A stretch of DNA of 64,000 nucleotides from assembly GCF_009914755.1 (NCBI RefSeq), contig NC_060931.1; one strand, 5' to 3'. This DNA is from the human T2T-CHM13v2.0 reference genome, Homo sapiens. Each line of letters opens with the position of its first letter. Position 1 is the stretch's first letter. The notes under the pieces were generated by a model that worked only from the letters and a program-made list of their open reading frames with translations, was not told where the DNA came from and made no database searches. Made by a program: the position numbers and the translations under genes. Shown here in pieces: positions 54,388 through 64,000 of the stretch.

Positions 54388-54686
54388 TTTTTTTTTTTTT
54401 TTTTTTTGAATTGACACATTGTAAATGCATATATTTATGGGATACAATTTAACATTTTGATATATATATCTATGTTGTATAATAGTCAAATCAGGGTAGT
54501 TAGCGTACTCATCACCTCATGCATTTATCATTTCTTTGTAGTGAGAATATTCAAAAGCCTGTCTTCTAGCTATTTTGTAATATACAATACTTTCCTGTTA
54601 ACCATAGTCACCCTACTGGGCAATAGAACACCAGAACTTATTCCCCCTATGTAGTGGTAACTTTGTACCTGTTGACCAACCTCTTC
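54388..54686 (-). mobile_element. L1MA (approx. MA4-6) 3' end, heavily 5'-truncated
   Basis: Poly-T then 'caaatcagggtagttagc...tttatcatttctttgtagtgagaa...ttaaccatagtcaccctactg'. Confidence 0.85.
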
Positions 54687-55329
54687 CCCTGCGTAGTGAT
54701 TTTGAAATGAAGATTCTATATTTTGTAAATAAGCTGCCTTGCATTTTATCACTAACATGACCAAGAATTATTTTGGAGGGCTCCAGGGATGGTGTGCTTG
54801 TTTGAATAACATAATTGGAGAAGAAAACGGCAAAAGTCTAGAAAACTAAAGAAGAGGCAAGTTAAAAATAAGGGGTGAATAGAACTACGGGAGGAGGCTG
54901 TGGAATAGGAAAGAGAACACACACACAGACGCCCATAGAATTACAGTGTAGGAAAAGCAAATGGGATTGGGCTCTTGGATTCTCTGCTCTTCAGATATAC
55001 AAGTGTCATTTTCTGTAGTTTTCTTATCCTTTGAGCACCCCTTATTTTCAATCGTTCAGGAATTAATTCATTTATGTATTCAATAAATGTTCATTGAGTG
55101 TATATTTCTAAGCCAGACATGTGCCAGGCCCTAGGGAGGCAGCAGGGAGCCCCGCATCTGTTGCCTGTCACTGAATATCCTGGATAGGGCCAATTTGTGA
55201 CAAACCTGACATAGGGAGAATCCCAGTGACATTTTATAATTTACATGATTTGGAAAAGATATTCTTCTGCAAAGTAATACGCTTAATGAATGAGTACTAG
55301 CTGTTAACTTTTCATACATTTAAAAATAT

Positions 55330-55466
55330 TTTATTTATTTTTTTTTTTTTAGAGGCAAGGTCTTGCTATGTTTCCCAGTCTGGCCTCAAACTCCTACGCT
55401 CAAGGGATCCTCCCACTTCAGCCTCCTGAATAGCTGGGAGTTCAGGTGTGGGCCATTGCACCTGAC
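55330..55466 (-). mobile_element. FLAM monomer
   Basis: 'aggtcttgctatgtttcccagtctggcctcaaactcctacgctcaagggatcctccc'. Confidence 0.8.
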
Positions 55467-57824
55467 TAAAATTTCTGAAGTTTAACTGAGCACACACTGT
55501 TAACCCTAATTAGCTAGTCTGCTGACACTCTTCATTCCTCATGTCAGAATTTAATTTAATTTCAGTATTTAATTTATTCATACTATGAGGTTTACCCTCC
55601 CCAAGCCCTTTGTCTATCTGTCAGTCTTTTCCTAAGGTGGGTAACACACAGCTTGCTTGTGAGGAGAGTTTGACTGGAAGGGGTTACTCAGATTGATCCT
55701 GAAGGTGCACCCCACAGCAATCCCACAGACAAGCTTCTCCTTAAAATATACTAATTCCAGAGAAGCATTCGCTTTTGATGACTTTGTCAATTTCAGCCCC
55801 TGAGATAATACACCATGTTTTTATGTGTTGTCTGCATAGGGAGATGTGGCAACAGAGTGTGAAAGTCACACAGTCACGTGCCCAGATTGACTGTGATTTT
55901 GTTGCTGCTGTAAAGTCCATCAAAGATAATGGAATGTAGATAAAATAAAATCACATTGCCCATTCTGCACCCACCCAAGCTGGAATTTCGGTGCAGGGAC
56001 ACTAATTGGTGCCAGTTTAGATCTGCCTGATGTTATCTTTATGAGTGTCTGTACTTGTGGGACAATCATACAAAACATGTCAGGGTGATGGCTTACACCA
56101 GCAGAAGGATGGCAGTACATAAAGTACTGAGGCGGAAGGTGCTTGATGACTTTCAGTGGCTTTTTTTAAGCGGAGAGATAGAACTGCTGTTAAGTTGCTC
56201 AAGCAGAAGTGTCTATAGGGCACTCCAAATGGCAGTGTTTAAAAAGAGCTCCTTTGTCACTTTGTATTCCGTAGAAAAATAGGTAAGGGAAAGAGAAGCT
56301 AACATGTGGCCAGCCTTGCACATGAAGATGGATACAGCGTGGCTCTTGACTGTCCTGCCAGACACTCACGCTCATGGAAAAATCTTTCTATGATGATGTG
56401 AGCAGAGAACCTTAAGTCCACTTTATATATAAATCCAAACAATCTTTTTATACAGAATTAATACACATTACATTTTCCAGGAATGCAACCACCCTTGACA
56501 TCAGGAGAGGGCTAAATTTTGTTTTATTCAGATTTGCCACCAGAGTGACTGAGAGTTTTCACCACTTTAAATAAGTCTCCACTTCAAGTGTTGCCGGGGG
56601 TATTTAAGTTGCTAATCCCATGCTCCTGGATCCCTCTGATTAATAGTTGTAATCCTCACAGGACTCTGTTTATAAGTACAAAAAGTCACTACATCTTTCA
56701 GCATAGCCATGCATGAGCATTTACAGATGGAAATACATGGTATTTTATTATAAATTAGCTTCCTTTTATTTCTTTTTTGTTATAGTTGAGGGGTTATATT
56801 GATTTTTTTAGAAAGTCTGTGTGTAGGTAGGTTATATTGTTTCAATTCAGGCTAGTAAGGGAGTGTTATGAAGTATGTGTTATAAAGAAATGGTGTGGGT
56901 GTGATGTGGGTGAGAACCACTGACCCCAGGGGAGAGAAGGAAGGTTTCAGGCTGGCGCACACACAGCCTTCACCTCAAGCCAGGTGCAGCATCAGCCACT
57001 CCTGGCACATGGGTTGTCTCATTTCAGCGTGATGTTGACTCTTCCTGGACAGTTCCTCCTAGTAAAGGGGTCAGGAGAAAGGCCTTGATTCTCTTGAAAT
57101 GCTGCCTGGGACCCTCCCCAGTCCTGTGACAGCCCCCCAACACCCCCACCAGATACAGGTGGTCGGCTGGGCGGCAGGGCTGGAAGCCTGTCTTGGCCTC
57201 CACCAGCTGACAAGCTGGATAGTTGAGGCTAAGCTATTCCCTTTAATTTACCATGCGTCTTCTCATCCTATAAGTGGTTCTTTCTTCATCAGCTCCTATA
57301 GATTCAGGTCATAGAATCTGCCTTCCCAGGTGCCTCTTTTTTAGAGTTTGAGGCAGGACTGGTTGCCTGGCAGGTCCTCTGCGAGCACACCCTGAGCCTG
57401 TTGAAGTGAAGCCTGCTAGGGCTTTGTGTTCACTTCTTGGTGCAAGCCAGGAGCTTGGGAAACCCTCTTTTGTGTATTGCTTGCATGGAAAAATGTGGCA
57501 TCACAGTGTGAGGGTCATATAATCATGGGCCATATTGACTGTATGTGTGTTGCTATTGTGAAGACCATCCAAGATAAAGTAGACAAAATCACACCATCCC
57601 ATTCCAGACTCATCAAGGCTGGAATTTCAATGTCAGGACTAAGTCAAGACGAGCTCTCAATATTTTCCAATAATAGGAAGATGTTTTATCAGTAGTATAG
57701 TTAAAACAAAAGTCATGAAGAAAGGACTCATAACTGTGTACAGAAGAGCACTTGAGGGTGTTTCCCTGTAGATCTCGTTTATTTCTCCCTGTCTTTGAGA
57801 GACAGGGCACCATCACAGATATAG

Positions 57825-58170
57825 GAATGAGCAGACTTAGCTTCAAATTCCAGCGGGGGAGACCATTGACAAGTCACATGCCTAAGGCTTGGTATCCATA
57901 CACGTGGTATCCATGTGACTTGTGACACGTGATTAATAATGCCTGTCTTTAAGAGTCATTCTGAGGATGACATGAGGGAGCAAACACATGAAGTAGCACC
58001 ATGGGTGCTTTGTAGATACAGACTGAATCTTTAGAACAATTTTATTTTACAGATGAGGAAACTGAGGCACAGAGAGGTTAAAGGATTTGCCATAGGAAGT
58101 ATGTGATAGGCGACTTGAATCCAGACAGTTTGATGTCAGAGATCATGCTTTTAACACATGCTATATTGCC
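57825..58170. mobile_element. Two MIR fragments in opposite orientation (+ ~57825-58010; - ~58020-58170)
   Basis: 'ttttacagatgaggaaactgaggcacagagaggttaa' is a clear antisense core; the upstream + copy is degenerate. Confidence 0.6.
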
Positions 58171-58763
58171 TCAAGGAAATGGATTTAGTAAATGGCAGTT
58201 GTTATTATTGTTATTGCTATTTTTAGTCTCTTCGCTTCTCTTCTCCTGCAGAGTGGAAGGTAAGGGAGGGTGCACAAGTGTTTGCAGGTAATGAAGTGTA
58301 TGTGGGGCTTTTATCACCTCCACAGCCTAAACCTGGATCTTGTCATGCTAGGAAATCAAGCTACAATGGAACATTGATTTTTGCTGGTCACTATGAGGCC
58401 TGGAGGGTCGCGGAGTCCCCTGGTGCACTCAAACTTTATCTTTCTATCAATTAGCTTACACATCTCTAGAATGTGGATGGATAGAAACCCTCCTAGATTA
58501 CAGAATCAAACCACCAATATTCTGGCCCCAATTAGTGACATAACTTCAATTCAGCTAGTAACTTCGAGGCTCACTTTCTTCCCCTTGGCTTCAAAAGGCT
58601 GTTTCATTCCAGTGTTCTACAAGACCCCTTCCGCCTTGAGGATTCTAGGATTCTCTGTCAGAGTCCTGGCCCAGTTAGCTTTGCCCTCACACACCCCACA
58701 GAACACAGAGCAGTCTCTTCTCTAGCCAGGGGCCAGCTGGGTAGTGCATCCCTCAATGTAGAT

Positions 58764-59092
58764 CAGTGGTGACCCAACCACGACCAGCAGCCCTAGATCC
58801 AGGTCCCCACCTATTATTGTATACCTGTGAGCTAAGAATGGTTTTTACATTTTTAAATGGTTGAAAAAATTCAAAAGGAGAAAAGCACTCATGAGACATG
58901 AAAACTATATGAAATTCACATTTCGGTGTCCTTGGATAAAGTTTTATTGGAACCCAGTCTTGCTCATTCATTTACATATTGTGTTTGGCTGTTTGTGGGC
59001 TGTTGAATATAAGTAGCAACAGGGACCAGATAACTACCAAGCCTAAAACCTTTATGATGTGGGTGCCTTACAGAAAAAGTTTGCTGACATGG
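58764..59092 (+). mobile_element. MER58B (hAT-Charlie)
   Basis: 'gagctaagaatggtttttacatttttaaatggttg...tatgaaattcacatttcggtgtcc...aaagttttattggaac...gaaaaagtttgctgac'. Confidence 0.85.
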
Positions 59093-60779
59093 ACCTAAAG
59101 GCATGGCAAGAGAAAAAGTTCTAGTTTGGCTTTGTTTTATTTTCTTTTGTTTTACAAAGGAAACCCAGGTACTGTCTTGTGCTCAATCAGTGAAAAAAAA
59201 AAAAAAAACCCTATGACCAAGGAGCAGCTCCTACAGCCAAGGAATCACAGAGTGCCCGGGCCTGGCCGTTTGCCAGCAGAAGTGGTTCTGGCAGCTGTGT
59301 GAGCCGCGGGGAGCAGCAGATTATCCCAGCAGCGTGAGCTTTGCAAAATTCCCGTCTCGTGGCTGAGCAAACCTGCTCGATGTGCCACAACTTTCCGTCA
59401 GTAACATGCCTATATGCTCATTTTCAAACATTATCTCTGCCAGGAGGGATAATTTGCTGTAATATGAGGATGAGACATCCAGGAGCCGTTCAAATCGTCA
59501 TTCAACTTATTTTATTCTTTATTTTTAAACTATAAAAAAAAAATCCTGGAAATGGAAATGTTTCCAGCAAAATCAATTTTCTGCAGAAGAAAAACTTTAC
59601 AGATTTTATTTCTGATCCAGCAAAAGGCTGGGTTCCATGGGATCCATACGGTTCTGAAGAGGATGAGGAGTTGGGGTGTGTGTGTGGGGGTGGGGGAGAG
59701 GGGGTTGTTGTTAGATCAGATTACAGAAAAGCTAGTGCTTCGGAAAAACATTTAGATGGTAGATTTGGAGATAAATTTAAATATTATGATTGCTACAGAG
59801 AAAACTTAAGAAGGAAGTCCAGAAATAACCCAGGATCATAGGGAAGAAACCATTCAGTGGTTTTTAAGAAAACACAGCACTTAGTAGTTGCTCAGCTAGA
59901 GATAAGTCATAAATACCAAATAGAAATGTATTAAGAACTAGTCGATTCATCATCCTCCCACTACTGTAGAGAGATAGAGACTCCAGGCTAATCCCTCCTC
60001 CACTCCCATCACAGTTCAGCTGCTGGAGTCTTCCCAGTCAGCCTGATCTGGCCTCCTCCCTCTGGACCAGGGGGCCTTTCTGTCCTTCTTCCCTACCAAC
60101 CAGGAAGCCCCTGGAGACCAGCATAATATTTTATTCCTCAGTGAATCCAAGGACTGCTTTCAGGGACAGAGCTGTAATAGGAGCCCAATAAATAAATGTT
60201 AGCTGAAAAAAAACAAAAACACCTATTTAGCTCAACTTTGGGAGTGGGGAGAAACCTTTTGTTGAGTTTGGAGCTCCCTGAAAATAAATATCCTAAGTAT
60301 TATGGCACCAAACATTCTTGAAACTGAAATTTCCAAGATAGAGTTTCTCAAACATTGGCTAAATTCATACCAACTGAGTCAATTTGCTAATGTGGGACTT
60401 TTGGATTCTTAAGTATATATTTTTAGGAAGACCTATTTTTAAGCAGAAAGGATAATAAAGGTGATTTATTTAGTGACAGTATAGCTCTTTTCCCAAATTA
60501 TTTTCTTCTATAACAAGAAGGAGAGGACTTAGCACTTAGATTATATTTACTGAACAAATAGTCACTCAACTCTAGTCAAACAATGAGCAATGACAAAGTC
60601 AGAGCCACTGCCCTCCTTCCAGAATTCCTTGATAATGAGGATGAAAAGACAACTTTAAGCAAACTATAAACATTTTAGGGAATGAAAGAAGGGGAGATGA
60701 TGGGAGAAAGTATGAGAATATGATATTTTGCAGGATACTAGCCAAGAAATTCTGAAGCACTAACTTAGACAAGTCAAAG

Positions 60780-61350
60780 AGAAGAAAAAATAAAATAAAA
60801 AAGAATTTCAGATCTTTCTTAAGGAAGAATTTCAAATAACATATAGAGATATTCCACACCCTCCAGGATGGGGAACATAATTCTGCTCTTTCCCTACCCT
60901 CCCCCTTGCCTCCAGGATGGGCTAGACTCTGTGACTTGCTTCCAAAGAACAGAGTGTAAAAATGGAAAAATACTGTACAGTGAACAAACCTAGAAAACAT
61001 GACTTAACCAAATGATGAAGGTTAACATTATCAGCGATGCCATGTGGATGTCATGTACCCTCTGATAGGATGTGATGAGACAGGCAGTTTGCCTCTGTGG
61101 TGTTCTTTCCAAAAACTCATAACCCCGTCGAATCAAGATTAAAACATCAGGAAAACTTAGATGGAGGGGCATTCTACAGGTAACCTGGCTAGTACTCCTC
61201 AGAATTTTAAGGTCATGAAAAACATAGAAAGACTGAGAAACTATCACAGGCCAGAGGAGACTGGGGAGACCTGACAACTAAATATAACATGGTACCCTGC
61301 ATTGGATCTTGAAGCACAAAGAGGATGTCAATGGACAACTGGAAAAAGCC
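60780..61350 (+). mobile_element. L1MC/MD-like 3'UTR fragment
   Basis: 'gtgacttgcttccaaagaacagagt', 'ggatgtcatgtaccctctgataggatgtgatgaga', 'ggggcattctacag'. Confidence 0.75.
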
Positions 61351-61810
61351 TGTAAGACTAGAGGTTTCTTGGTTTGTTTTTTTTTTTAAAGAGTATCATC
61401 GGGGAACAGTGAGTACTAACTAGGTCCCTCCTCCCTTTACCTCAGTAGATTGCAATTTGTCACCTACTTTCTCAATGTAACACTTTAGTTGCTTCAGAAA
61501 AGTTAAAGGCACTGCCTTAGAGAAGCCTATGTTGGCAACAAAATTATAGTGATAAAACCATGAAAAATGTAAATGAATAAAAGATTATACAGTTAGAATG
61601 CTTTTTGGAATAAACTATAAAGAGTAAAAACAAAAATATTGAAAAAATATTTATAATAACTGCATGACTATGGCAACTTTGCTTATTTTTAACAAATTTA
61701 ATTTATATAATGTAAACTAACAGTTGTATTCAAGAATTTGGTGACCTTCTCATTTCACCTTCAAACTACTTACCAAAATATTTATTCTTGTCCATTAACA
61801 TTTAATTTGA

Positions 61811-64000
<2,190 letters not shown>

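Noticed and set aside
59268-59290. CTCF-like TTGCCAGCAGAAGTGG
   Set aside because: Lacks the GGGC 3' core; weak match.

Overview
Non-coding primate (most likely human) genomic DNA, intergenic or deep intronic, with a moderately AT-rich, MIR/L2-rich landscape. I see no recognisable host protein-coding exon, rRNA, tRNA, snRNA or CRISPR array, and I cannot name the locus. The only real protein-coding remnant is a 5'-truncated, disabled primate L1PA ORF2 (61838 to the window end; RT FADD motif intact, one premature stop and one frameshift). The rest consists of: several Alu elements (five near-full-length, two short 5'-truncated copies with TSDs, a FRAM and a FLAM monomer); old L1M, L2 and MIR fragments; MaLR (MLT1) LTRs; DNA-transposon MITEs (MER33, MER5, MER20, MER58A/B, MER46C); a 97-bp tandem duplication; a (CA)n microsatellite; and a ~1.15-kb degenerate CA-rich array that generates all the long spurious ORFs near 47-49 kb. 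Several repeat-free blocks carry PBX/MEIS/HOX-type motif grammar, suggesting developmental enhancers (inference only). I found no convincing evidence of a novel biological system. The most notable observations are small-scale: a composite L1+FRAM insertion inside one TSD, a template-switch-like E-box cluster in a MIR, candidate micro-exons and candidate enhancers. Boundaries and subfamily calls for old repeats are by eye and approximate.
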